Assembly (NCBI GenBank): GCA_963665295.1
Contig: OY762209.1
Location: 5,024,001 to 5,088,000 of the forward strand
DNA: 64,000 nucleotides
Reading direction: 5' to 3'
Origin: Syntrophorhabdaceae bacterium
Lineage (GTDB): Bacteria > Desulfobacterota > Syntrophorhabdia > Syntrophorhabdales > Syntrophorhabdaceae
Positions 10,043-19,549 of this stretch are shown here, one piece after another; position 1 is the stretch's first letter; every line of letters starts with the position of its first letter. The notes under the pieces were generated by a model, which worked only from the letters and a program-made list of their open reading frames with translations, made no database searches and was not told where the DNA came from. The position numbers and the translations under genes are program-made.

Positions 10043-10085
10043 GTTGCATATACAACATATTAACAAAAGGCGCTGCCCGTGTCAA
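10043..10085 (-). promoter_or_regulatory. sigma70 promoter of marR with adjacent operator
   Basis: TTGACA(10085-10080)-17 bp-TAATAT(10062-10057), immediately followed by operator 10056-10043. Confidence 0.75.
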
Positions 10086-10213
10086 GTCCCTTTGCAGGAA
10101 GGCATAGGCCTTTACTTTGTCCGCCGGTTCCGCATAATATAGAAGAATGTTGCTCCTGATGCCGTGTCGGGGAGGTATGAAATCGCACAACTGTTTTCCG
10201 GTCTGAGTTTGCC

Positions 10214-11467
10214 GTGAAGATTCGACTGCCTGCTTTTCTCAGGTCTTACGGGTTTTCCCTGGTGCTCCTCTTTGCCATTTCTGCGGGGTCTTTGCTGGGG
10301 ATTGTCCTCAGGAAGGATGCGGCCTTTTGCAAGCCCTTCGGGGATGTGTTCTTGAACCTTCTCTTTACCGCCCTGGTGCCCCTCGTCTTCTTCTCCATAT
10401 CCTCATCGGTCGCCGCCATGTCCAACATGAAGCGTCTGGGCAGGATCATCTTTTCCATGCTGGTGGTCTTCATTCTTACGGGAATCGTCGCGTCGGCGCT
10501 CATGGCGGCCGGAGTAAACCTTTATCCTCCCGCCCAGGGACTCATTGTGGATCTCAGCGCGAAAGTAAGCGTGGACCATTTCAAAACCTCCGAGCAGATA
10601 GTCAAAGCCTTTACCGCCCCTGACTTTACCGACGTCCTTTCCAAAAAGAATATGCTCGCCCTCATCGTCTTCTCTATCCTTGTGGGCCTTGCGACCGCGT
10701 CGTCGGGCCGCAACGGCCGGGTCTTCGCTGAATTTCTCACCTCGGGCAACCATGTGATGATGAAACTGATCTCCTATATCATGTATTATGCGCCCATCGG
10801 CCTGTGCGCCTATTTTGCCTATTTTGTCGGCGCTTACGGGCCCGACTTGCTGGGTTCCTATTTCCGGGCCATGACGCTTTACTATCCCCTCTCCATCGCG
10901 TACTTCTTCGTCGGATTCTCCGTCTATGCATATGTTGCAGGCCGGTCGGCAGGAATAAGGGTATTCTGGAAGAATATTATCCCCACCTCCCTCACAGCCC
11001 TCGCCACAGGGAGCAGCATGGCCGCTATCCCCGTCAACCTGGAGGCGGCGGACAGGATCGGCGTGCCCAGGGATATCAGCGAAATCGTCATTCCCATCGG
11101 GGCCACGATCCACATGGACGGCTCCTGCCTGGCGGCAGTCCTGAAGATTGCGGTCCTTTTCGGCATCTTCCATATCAGTTTTTCCGGAGCGGAGACCATC
11201 CTCCTCGCGATCGGCATCGCCCTGCTCACAGGCACGGTCGTAAGCGGGATACCCGCAGGCGGCGTCATAGGAGAGCTGCTGATCATTTCCCTCTACGGCT
11301 TTCCCCTCGAGGCCTTCCCTGTCATCACCATGATCGGTACCCTTGTCGACCCGGTCGCCACAATGCTCAACTCGGTAGGCGATAACGTAGCAAGCATGAT
11401 AGTGGCGAGGATGCTGGGAGGAAAGGGTTGGATGGGGGCGAATTCAGGGGACATAGGCCCCACGTGA
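10214..11467 (+). CDS. Dicarboxylate/amino acid:cation symporter (DAACS)
   Basis: VPLVFFSI, YYAPIG, ATGSSMAAIP, PIGATIHMDG, D...TMLNSVGD motifs. Confidence 0.92.
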   Translation: MKIRLPAFLRSYGFSLVLLFAISAGSLLGIVLRKDAAFCKPFGDVFLNLLFTALVPLVFFSISSSVAAMSNMKRLGRIIFSMLVVFILTGIVASALMAAGVNLYPPAQGLIVDLSAKVSVDHFKTSEQIVKAFTAPDFTDVLSKKNMLALIVFSILVGLATASSGRNGRVFAEFLTSGNHVMMKLISYIMYYAPIGLCAYFAYFVGAYGPDLLGSYFRAMTLYYPLSIAYFFVGFSVYAYVAGRSAGIRVFWKNIIPTSLTALATGSSMAAIPVNLEAADRIGVPRDISEIVIPIGATIHMDGSCLAAVLKIAVLFGIFHISFSGAETILLAIGIALLTGTVVSGIPAGGVIGELLIISLYGFPLEAFPVITMIGTLVDPVATMLNSVGDNVASMIVARMLGGKGWMGANSGDIGPT

Positions 11468-11503
11468 CCTGCACCTGTTACATCATCATCGCCCACGGCC
11501 TTA

Positions 11504-12427
11504 TTACGCTGTTCCTGTCTTTCGATGACGATAGTAACGAAGGGGAATGATGATCACGAAAAAAGGGATCATATACATGGCGGCCACCAAAGGCTCTACG
11601 GGTCCAAAAAACTGGGAGGAAAAGACAATTACCAGCACGTTGTTGATATTACCCAGCACCACCGCGCCGGCCAGTTGATTCTCCACCGACCCCTTGCGAA
11701 AAAACAATATTCCCACCGCACAGTAAACCGCCGCCAGAACAAAACCCACGACTGTCGCCATAACGATGACGGATGGCTCTTTTTCGAAAAAGGACGCGTA
11801 GCGGTAGAAAACCCCGAGGTTGATGAGGGCGAACATAAGGAGGGACACGGGGAACTGAACCTTCAGAATGGGCGCCACAAGCCTGGGAAGCAGGTATCGG
11901 ATGATTTCAACAACGATGATGGGGATAAACATCACGGTGGCCAGCATCCGCAACATGGCCAAAAAGGAGATGGCCACTTCCTTCGCGGCGACTGTCTTGA
12001 TGAGCGCCGGCATTGTAAAAGGCGCCAGCGCGGAGGTAATCACCACCACAACGAGAACAAGTGCGCTGTTACCCCCCACCATGTTCGAAATCATGGGCGC
12101 CACAACGCCCGTGGAAACCCCTGTCAAGAGCAGGGCGGAAAGGGCATAATCCGGCGCGAACAGGGAGAAGCTGAAATACATGACGACGGGCAGGATGGCC
12201 AGCTTGATCAGCGTAAACCCGAAGATGTGCGCGCTATGACCCTTAAGGGCCCTCCACACGGACGCGAGGTCGATGGAGAGGTAGCTGAGAAAGAAATTGA
12301 CCATGAGGGCATAAAAAGGCAGGGCCTTGAACCGGGAACCGAAGCCGGGAAAGATGACGGCTACGGCCATGGAGGAGATGACCACAAAAACCAGCACAAT
12401 ATCATTGAGACGAACCGAGGTTTGCAT
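11504..12427 (-). CDS. Bile acid:sodium symporter (BASS) family transporter
   Basis: About 10 TM helices; STGVVAP..S...GGN, S.LAPFTMP motifs; start 12427 (ATG) or 12436. Confidence 0.8.
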   Translation of the reverse strand: MQTSVRLNDIVLVFVVISSMAVAVIFPGFGSRFKALPFYALMVNFFLSYLSIDLASVWRALKGHSAHIFGFTLIKLAILPVVMYFSFSLFAPDYALSALLLTGVSTGVVAPMISNMVGGNSALVLVVVVITSALAPFTMPALIKTVAAKEVAISFLAMLRMLATVMFIPIIVVEIIRYLLPRLVAPILKVQFPVSLLMFALINLGVFYRYASFFEKEPSVIVMATVVGFVLAAVYCAVGILFFRKGSVENQLAGAVVLGNINNVLVIVFSSQFFGPVEPLVAAMYMIPFFVIIIPLRYYRHRKTGTA

Positions 12428-12780
12428 TAATATCAATTACCAGAGAACGTTTACGTTATCAACATCTTTCACATCCCGGGGTCCTGTCCCCGGCCTGTAT
12501 TCGGATGCCCTGTCCACATTGGAAATACCCTGCGAGCAGACCGGGCGGTCACGGGCTTGCAGCAGACTTCCTTGATTATTACCCTTTACTTATGGGCCCC
12601 CCTTTGATACAGGGGTACTGCGGTGGACAGGATTGGCATTGCGATTCCGAAACAGGCGTATGGGCAACATTGCTCACAAGAACGAGGGAAATCGGTCCCT
12701 CACGATAATACAGCTTCGTCCGGCAACGACCGCACAAATGGGTTCCCCGGACTGAAAGAGATGATTTTGAGGAGGCAAAC

Positions 12781-13029
12781 ATGAAAAGAATTACGACGAC
12801 CATCGCTTTCGTTTTATGCCTTGTCCTGATGGGAACCGGTCTTCTGGTTGTTTCTTCCTGCAGTCGGCCCATGAACCCTCCTCCGAGTGAGACGGTGGAC
12901 CAGGGCACCGGCAGCACGGGCACCGGTGTTACAGGCACAGGCACCACAAGCAGTGGCCCTCTGGACGACCGTAGCCGGGGTTCTGTGGAGGGCAGTTCAC
13001 CCGGCAGCGGGGGAGGCGAAGTCAGGTAG
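12781..13029 (+). CDS. Small Gly/Thr/Ser-rich putative lipoprotein
   Basis: GAGGAGG RBS; basic-hydrophobic signal with VSSC lipobox-like site; disordered tail. Confidence 0.65.
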   Translation: MKRITTTIAFVLCLVLMGTGLLVVSSCSRPMNPPPSETVDQGTGSTGTGVTGTGTTSSGPLDDRSRGSVEGSSPGSGGGEVR

Positions 13030-13037
13030 AAAACCCC

Positions 13038-13069
13038 GGGGCCACGGTCCGGCTCGCATGGCCCCTTTT
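13038..13069 (+). terminator. Probable terminator
   Basis: GGGGCCA..TGGCCCC stem followed by TTTT. Confidence 0.5.
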
Positions 13070-13134
13070 GTGCCCGATATGGGTAGTCATAGAGGATGAT
13101 TTTTGTGGCTGCGGGAACCATCGCCACTTCACGC

Positions 13135-13776
13135 TTATTTTCTGATGAATCTGTCCTTATAAAACCCCTGGTTGAGATACAAGGCGGCTACAGGGTTATG
13201 CCCGAGGGCGCGGTCTTTAACTACGAGAGGTGTTGTCTCCGCCTTGCAATGACGCAGGAAGAGTATGTCATGTCCCAGGCAAAGCCCTACCATTATGTTC
13301 AGTTCCGTTTCTTCGCGGTTGAGTACCTCCGCCTGCATTATGGGGTTGCAGATTATGCTCCCCGGCATGCCGATATCCTGAGGATTCATTTCTCCACAAA
13401 GGCACGATATGGAGACGACGTCGAACCCGTTGTTCTCAAGAATGTCGCACAAAGACCTTGATTCGGACATCAAACCATAGCACGTAGCTATGCCGAGCCT
13501 CTTCATTCCCCGTATCTTTGCGTACTCCATAATTTCATCGACCCTTGTCCAGGACAGTTTTTCTCTTGGCCGTTCCGGGTCCATGGTCTTACTCATCACA
13601 CCAAGCCAGCCCTTATTTATCGCCTGGTTTTCAGGCCGCATAAATATCTCTATTGTTTCTTTGGCCAGGCCCGGGTACTTTTCTGTAGGACAGAATACAG
13701 GCACGTTCTTGTTCTTTTCCTCGGAACTGCATCGAAGGATCGTACATTTTACACACTGGGGACTGTTCCTTTCCAT
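13135..13776 (-). CDS. DUF1847 domain-containing metal-binding protein
   Basis: TRVDEI, GIATCYGL, CNPIMQA, GLCLGHD, VVKDR..GHNP.AALY motifs. Confidence 0.88.
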   Translation of the reverse strand: MERNSPQCVKCTILRCSSEEKNKNVPVFCPTEKYPGLAKETIEIFMRPENQAINKGWLGVMSKTMDPERPREKLSWTRVDEIMEYAKIRGMKRLGIATCYGLMSESRSLCDILENNGFDVVSISCLCGEMNPQDIGMPGSIICNPIMQAEVLNREETELNIMVGLCLGHDILFLRHCKAETTPLVVKDRALGHNPVAALYLNQGFYKDRFIRK

Positions 13777-14032
13777 TGGGGGCCTCCTTTATATTGGCCT
13801 GGTTCTCCGTTTTATCGACGTAATGCTCCATGCCGTTTCCGCCCGGCACGAAAAGACAAGAGAAGGTCTGTCCAGAATGCCGGCACGTTACAGGGATGCC
13901 CACGGCCTTATGGGTGGCCGCTCCCGGGACCATGGCGGCAGGTTTCGCTATGTCTCTTCGTGCTATGCCGTTTCCCCTATCGTTCAGCCTATTGTCACGA
14001 AAGTTTTGCCGGACGGGGAAGGTCTGTCAAAA

Positions 14033-14139
14033 CAAGAAACAATGCCCCGACGATCTATTGCCGGGACATTGTTCGTAACCCTGAATGTCGGCGGGCATAG
14101 TGTTCTTGTCCCGCCGACATTCAGGAGGTTTGTTTCTTG
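14033..14139. terminator. Strong double-hairpin element downstream of the repeat lipoprotein
   Basis: 16-bp perfect stem 14080-14095/14110-14125, second imperfect stem ~14039-14073, outer CAAGAAACA/TGTTTCTTG arms. Confidence 0.55.
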
Positions 14140-14175
14140 CCTGCCTGTGATACTCCTCTTTATGTCCTGCCTCCC

Positions 14176-15336
14176 TCACCTTCCCTGGGGCTGCTGCGAC
14201 CCTCCCTGGTGCTGGCCCTGAGGTTGCTTTTGGGGCTGCTTTGGAGGTTGCTTTTGGGGCTGCTGACCCTGAGGCTGTCTTGGCGGCTGCTGCGCCGGCT
14301 GCCTTGGCGGCTGCTTTGGAGGTTGCTGCGCCTGTGGCTGTCTGCCGGGCTGCTGCTGAGGCCCTACCTGTGGCTGTCTTCCGGGTTGCTGCTGAGGTCC
14401 GACCTGTGGCTGTCTTCCGGGTTGCTGCTGAGGTCCGACCTGGGGCCCTCTTCCCGGCTGCTGCTGCGGCCCTACCTGGGGCTGTCTTCCGGGTTGCTGC
14501 TGGGGTCCTACCTGGGGTTGTCTGCCAGGCTGGTCTCCCTGCGGCCCTACCTGAGGCTGCCTGCCGGGCTGCTGCTGAGGCCCTACCTGAGGCTGCCTGC
14601 CGGGTTGCTGCTGCGGCCCTACCTGTGGCCCTCTTCCGGGTTGCTGCTGAGGTCCGACCTGGGGCCCTCTTCCCGGCTGCTGCTGCGGTCCTACCTGTGG
14701 CCCTCTTCCGGGTTGCTGCTGAGGTCTTACCTGGGGCTGTCTTCCCTGCTGGTGCCGCTGAACGTCCGGCCTCTGCTCATATTGCACCTGCCTCTGATGC
14801 CTCAGTTCCTGTCTCTGCTGTTGCGGCCGGGGCCTGTAGCCTTGGACGCCCCAGTTTCCCTGCCTTTCCCAATGTCGGTTATTCTGCCAGCCCTGCCAGT
14901 TACGTTCAAGCTGCCCGTGGTGAATTCGTTCGTAATTCCAACGATGTCCGTACCAATCGTGGTTTCTGTAATGTCCTCTCCAACCCGGGTCTACATCGAA
15001 ATAGAAGGCTGGGACGCTGTTATAGTAAGCCCAACCCCGGTCGTAATACTGCGAGCGATACCAGACACCATTATATGGACGCCACCAGAAACCGTTCCAG
15101 AAGTACAGGTCCACGTTTACATCAGGGGCAACGTACACGCCTTCCGTATCAGGCATCGCCACAACGTCGGGAGGGGCCTGAAACGCTATCTGCGGCGGAG
15201 CATCGGGTATAGGGGCATACGTGGCGTCGGGTGCGACGGCCTGGTTATCGTAGTATGCGCCGTCGGGCTCCATGGGAACAATCGCGCAGCCCGTCAATAG
15301 GGTCAATCCAAGGACAATCATTATGGGTCTTTTCAT
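14176..15336 (-). CDS. Lipoprotein with W/Y/R-rich domain and long Q/P-rich tandem-repeat tail
   Basis: MKRPIMIVLGLTLLTGC lipobox; GGAGG RBS; YFWNGFWWR..GVWYRS..YDRGW domain; about 10 QQQPGR(G/Q)PQVGP units. Confidence 0.85.
   Translation of the reverse strand: MKRPIMIVLGLTLLTGCAIVPMEPDGAYYDNQAVAPDATYAPIPDAPPQIAFQAPPDVVAMPDTEGVYVAPDVNVDLYFWNGFWWRPYNGVWYRSQYYDRGWAYYNSVPAFYFDVDPGWRGHYRNHDWYGHRWNYERIHHGQLERNWQGWQNNRHWERQGNWGVQGYRPRPQQQRQELRHQRQVQYEQRPDVQRHQQGRQPQVRPQQQPGRGPQVGPQQQPGRGPQVGPQQQPGRGPQVGPQQQPGRQPQVGPQQQPGRQPQVGPQGDQPGRQPQVGPQQQPGRQPQVGPQQQPGRGPQVGPQQQPGRQPQVGPQQQPGRQPQVGPQQQPGRQPQAQQPPKQPPRQPAQQPPRQPQGQQPQKQPPKQPQKQPQGQHQGGSQQPQGR
14330..14752 (-). repeat. 36-bp coding tandem repeat (about 10 full + 2 partial units)
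   Basis: Repeating CAGCAGCA(A/G)CC(C/G)GG(A/C)AG..CC.CAGGT.GG.CC. units, one with a 3-bp insertion (QGDQ). Confidence 0.9.
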
Positions 15337-15445
15337 CAAATACATCCCTCCCGTCGGTAGTTTGAGTCTTTTCCTCACATAGCACTCTCTCGTCGCACAA
15401 CTATCGTGTACTCAAAGATAGCCTATGGTCTCTTCAGTGTCAACA

Positions 15446-15460
15446 GCAATACTTGTGCCA
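15446..15460 (-). promoter_or_regulatory. sigma54 (-24/-12) promoter of the repeat lipoprotein
   Basis: TGGCAC-AAGTA-TTGC on minus strand, exact consensus spacing, 110 bp upstream of ATG. Confidence 0.75.
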
Positions 15461-15781
15461 GGGATGTTTGTCGGAAACCATATCGATTAAGGGGCCAAAA
15501 CGCGGGCCTGCACGGATAAGGGGCGTCATTTTTGTCGTTTCCCTGAGACTTCCTGCAAAGAATGTCGAAATACCGCGTTCCGGGGACCTCCTCTCCTCTA
15601 AAAATAAGGGGCATGACCGGCAGGCAAGGTCCGGCCACAGGTATCGCCTTAACTCAGCTACAGACATGGGCACGAAAATATGATTAAATCTTGCGCCTGG
15701 AAGGCAATACAACGGACGCCCCCCAAAGGCTCATAGACCCCCGGAAGCGGCGCAAGACCCGGCGGGCAGGAATAGGGCTTC

Positions 15782-17227
15782 ATGAAAACACCACGTGAAA
15801 TAACACCCCCTGAAACTTTTAGCCGGAGACTGGCGCGACAGGCCTTCGCTTTCCGTTCCTTGTTGCGCGAAGCTGTGAGTACTTCCCACAGGGATTTTAC
15901 TGAGGGAGCAATCAGCAAGGCGATCTTCCTCCTCTCCGTCCCTATGGTGCTGGAGATGACCATGGAGTCATTGTTCGGCATCGTCAACGTCTACTGGGTT
16001 GCCCATCTTGGAAAGGAACAGGCGGCGGCCGTGGGGATTACGGAATTTCTATTGACGATCCTCTTCGCAGTGGCAATAGGATTGAGCATTGCCACGACGG
16101 CAACGGTTGCCCGTCGAATCGGTGAACACGATCCCGAGGCTGCGGCCCGGGTTGCGGCGCAAGCCGTCTTTATCGCCATAGGGATTGCCGTGCCCCTTGC
16201 GCTGGTGGGCATTGTCTTTCAGCCCCATCTCTTCAGCATGATGAATGCCGGGCCGGGCGTCGCCGAGGCAGGTTCCGGATATGCCACGATCCTGTTCGGC
16301 TCAAATGTCGTCATCATGCTCCTTTTTCTGCTTAACGCCGTTTTCAGGGGTGCGGGAGACGCGGCAATCGCAATGCGCAGCCTGTGGCTCGGAAACGCCA
16401 TAAATCTCATCCTTGATCCCTGTTTTATATTCGGGCTGGGTCCCTTTCCCGAGATGGGCGTCACCGGTTCGGCCGTTGCAACGACAATCGGAAGAAGTTG
16501 CGCGGTAGCATACCAGTTCTACCGGCTTTTCGGGACACGGGGCCGCGTGTCCATCAAGGTGTCTCACCTCAAATGGGATATTGCGGTTATAAAAAACCTT
16601 ATCCGGCTGTCCGTGGGCGGCACGATACAGATGCTCGTTGCCATGAGCGCGTGGATCTTCTGCATGAGCATAGTGGGGCGCTTCGGCGCCGCGGCACAGG
16701 CGGGCTATACCATCGCGATCCGGATTGTCTGGGTTACACTCCTCCCCTCCTACGGCATGAGCAATGCGGCGGCGACCCTGGTCGGCCAGAACCTCGGAGC
16801 CCGGAAACCGGACCGCGCCGCACGATCGGCGTGGTGCGCCGGACACAGCAATGCGGTCTTCCTTTCCGTCATTTCCCTGGCAATGCTCTTTTGGGCCAAA
16901 AACCTCACCGGCTTCTTTACCAACGACCTCGACGTAATCCGTTACGGGGCTGCGGCCATACAATACATCAGCTTCGGTTATGTCTTCTATGGCTACGGCA
17001 TGGTCATGGCCCAGGCCTTTAATGGCGCGGGGGATACCCTGACGCCCACCATTCTCAACTTTGTGTGCTTCTGGATAATACAGATCCCCCTGGCCTATTC
17101 GATAAGCAGCTATACACCCCTCGGGGCGAAAGGGGTCTTTCTTGCGGTAACCATAGCGGAGTCCGCGTCGGCAGTCCTTGGAATCGCCTGCTTTCGGCAA
17201 GGGAAATGGAAGACCCGGAAGGTCTGA
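15782..17227 (+). CDS. MATE family efflux transporter
   Basis: DFTEGAI.KAIF.L..PM, RGAGDA, N.ILDP.FIFG, VGQNLGA, GAGDT motifs. Confidence 0.93.
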   Translation: MKTPREITPPETFSRRLARQAFAFRSLLREAVSTSHRDFTEGAISKAIFLLSVPMVLEMTMESLFGIVNVYWVAHLGKEQAAAVGITEFLLTILFAVAIGLSIATTATVARRIGEHDPEAAARVAAQAVFIAIGIAVPLALVGIVFQPHLFSMMNAGPGVAEAGSGYATILFGSNVVIMLLFLLNAVFRGAGDAAIAMRSLWLGNAINLILDPCFIFGLGPFPEMGVTGSAVATTIGRSCAVAYQFYRLFGTRGRVSIKVSHLKWDIAVIKNLIRLSVGGTIQMLVAMSAWIFCMSIVGRFGAAAQAGYTIAIRIVWVTLLPSYGMSNAAATLVGQNLGARKPDRAARSAWCAGHSNAVFLSVISLAMLFWAKNLTGFFTNDLDVIRYGAAAIQYISFGYVFYGYGMVMAQAFNGAGDTLTPTILNFVCFWIIQIPLAYSISSYTPLGAKGVFLAVTIAESASAVLGIACFRQGKWKTRKV

Positions 17228-17254
17228 GCCCGGTACCCGCCTCGCGGGACCCGG

Positions 17255-19549
17255 CTAATCCCACCTCATGGCCTTCTTGATGCCTTCCAGGTTGACTGAA
17301 TCAAGAAATCCGGACTTTGTCTCATAGAGTCTCTTCAACTCGTCTTCCGAAACCCTGGAAGTGTTCGTGATCTTTTCCGCCCCGCCCCCATTCTTCCACG
17401 CCGCTTCCCACAGCCTCGCCACCAATGCCACTGCCTCCGCCATGGCCTGCTGGTACCCGGCGCCGTATGTTTTCCACAACACGTCACAGCGGGCGCGTTT
17501 GTTCATGCGCACGAGTTCTTCGTAATCCTTCGCAATACTGATAGGATTGGCATGTTTCCTCACCGTGTCGCGCATGAGGGCCACAGTGGCCGCGGCCGCG
17601 TCCTTCGGCTTTTCGATCATGCTCATCTCGACAGGCAGGTCGGAGTCGGTCATATTCTCCAAAATATCAGGCAGATTCCTTTTCAAGGTTTCGGCATAGT
17701 ATTCGACCATCTCGTTGTCGAACTCGGCATGAACGCCGTCGGCGATAGAGACCTTCTTTTCCTTATTGCCGCTCATAACGATCTTCGTCCGTCCGCCGGG
17801 ATCGCCGTGGTGCATGTAGCTTATGTGGAGAGGCATGCACGCGTCAAAGACATAATGGGTCATTATACCGGCGGCGCAGATAAACCCGCTTGCATCCCCT
17901 GTACCCGCGTAGCCGACCATGGCATCGTATATCTGGGCCACTCTGAAAGGCAATGTGCCTTTTTCCTTCGCCCCCACTCCCTTGTAGTAATTCACCCACA
18001 CGTCGGGATCGATATTGGCCGGCTCATCACACAGGTCGAGGAGGGTCCGGTTATTGTCGTTCGGGTTCGGCTGGTCCATATCCGCAAAATGGTTCGGCTC
18101 CTCTTTGCCCCGCTTGTAGTCTCCGCCGCGGCTCTTCCAGACCAGGTCAGGCACGTCCGAGAGGGGGACGAAGGGCGCCTTGCTCAAACCTTTCGTCGCC
18201 TTGACAGGGGTCTCTCCAAGGGGCATGCTGAAAAGACCGGTGTTATTCTCCATCAACCTTCTGAGGGGTTCATCCTTTACCATACCCGCACACAGGCTCG
18301 GCAACACAATATGGGCGTAAGCGCCGAAATACCTGTCATAGCCGGTATTCCAATCACTCACCAGTTCAACGTCAAGGAACCTGCACACGGTTCCCAGGTT
18401 TGTCACCAGGCCGTAGGGCTGTTCGGAATCTCCACTCTCGTCCTTCTGACCGCCCCAGAGTACGCCGATGGCTTTCATGTGCTCCCTGCTCCCGGGATCG
18501 TCGATCACCAGTAATGTGCCGGAATCTCCGTTCCTTGGCGCAAAGGGCGCCCCCTTCTTATATCCCTTTCCGGCGCGGGGGCCTACGAGATAATCCGCCA
18601 CATAATCATATCCCCCGGCTGAGGCGTACCTGTAAAAAAGGGCGACTATTTCGCCTTTCATCACGCCGGACGCGCATCCGTACCCGAAAACAGGGCAACC
18701 GGCAAGCTTGAGGGATAATGTATCATGGTTCAGGTCCACCATGCCTTTCACCTTGCCAAGGCCATAGATCTGAGAGGTCACTCCGCCGAGATCACTCAAT
18801 TCCACGAGGCCGATATCGAGGTTGACATAGGAATGTCTTCCCGGAAGACCCTCATAAACATCGGAAAACGCCGTCTTCTGAAGCTGCTTCCGCGAAGAAA
18901 TCCCGATCTCTACCTCATTACCGTTTTTCAATGTAAAAAGGCTCTCCCCCGGCCGCCCCGTCACGTGGGCGTTGGTCAATCCATAGGTAATCCTGCCGTC
19001 GCTTACGAGGCATCCCAGCGTCGCCCAGCGCTCTTGGCCCTGTATCCTGGTCATGAGAGGATAGCCGCCCCCGATCACGCTGCCGGGATATTTCATCTTT
19101 GCGATTGCGCCCGAACCCTTGTGTTGCCATGCGGCCTTTATCACGCACACGGGGATTTCCCTGCCATCAGGGAGATAGAGCGCCTCGGGAAGATAATCGT
19201 TTCGTGAAGGCCCGGTCTCCTTGCCGAAATCTGCGTCGTCAACCCAATTGTCCACAAACACCAGCACGCAGGGCCACGAATAGGCTTGTACTTCGGAATT
19301 TTCAAGAGTCCTCGGGGCCTTGGCCGTTACGCCCTTCTTGCGGACGCGGTATTTGCCTATTGCCGTGCCCACCACGTTGGTTTTCCGTGTAAGGAAGACA
19401 TGATAGGCGTCACGCGCCTCGAGAAGGTCTCTTACGGAAAGGGATTGGTATGTCTTTCCTTGTTCAAGATAAGTAACCAGGGCAGGTGGTATCCGGTTCC
19501 TTTGCGTCTTTCCATTCCTGTCAATGTCAACCTTCTTTGAAGACGTCAT
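17255..19549 (-). CDS. Fusion: Nal1-like trypsin-type serine protease + S1/P1 nuclease / Zn-phospholipase C-like domain
   Basis: TLGCLV, TNAHV, LDIG, GDSG, IGVLWGG protease motifs; FGAYAH, SDVPD, NHFAD, HYVFDACMPLH, HAEFD Zn-ligand motifs; AAGGAG RBS; no signal peptide. Confidence 0.82.
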   Translation of the reverse strand: MTSSKKVDIDRNGKTQRNRIPPALVTYLEQGKTYQSLSVRDLLEARDAYHVFLTRKTNVVGTAIGKYRVRKKGVTAKAPRTLENSEVQAYSWPCVLVFVDNWVDDADFGKETGPSRNDYLPEALYLPDGREIPVCVIKAAWQHKGSGAIAKMKYPGSVIGGGYPLMTRIQGQERWATLGCLVSDGRITYGLTNAHVTGRPGESLFTLKNGNEVEIGISSRKQLQKTAFSDVYEGLPGRHSYVNLDIGLVELSDLGGVTSQIYGLGKVKGMVDLNHDTLSLKLAGCPVFGYGCASGVMKGEIVALFYRYASAGGYDYVADYLVGPRAGKGYKKGAPFAPRNGDSGTLLVIDDPGSREHMKAIGVLWGGQKDESGDSEQPYGLVTNLGTVCRFLDVELVSDWNTGYDRYFGAYAHIVLPSLCAGMVKDEPLRRLMENNTGLFSMPLGETPVKATKGLSKAPFVPLSDVPDLVWKSRGGDYKRGKEEPNHFADMDQPNPNDNNRTLLDLCDEPANIDPDVWVNYYKGVGAKEKGTLPFRVAQIYDAMVGYAGTGDASGFICAAGIMTHYVFDACMPLHISYMHHGDPGGRTKIVMSGNKEKKVSIADGVHAEFDNEMVEYYAETLKRNLPDILENMTDSDLPVEMSMIEKPKDAAAATVALMRDTVRKHANPISIAKDYEELVRMNKRARCDVLWKTYGAGYQQAMAEAVALVARLWEAAWKNGGGAEKITNTSRVSEDELKRLYETKSGFLDSVNLEGIKKAMRWD

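Noticed and set aside
14330..14752. CRISPR array (36-bp periodicity)
   Set aside because: Head-to-tail coding repeats with no unique spacers and no cas genes.
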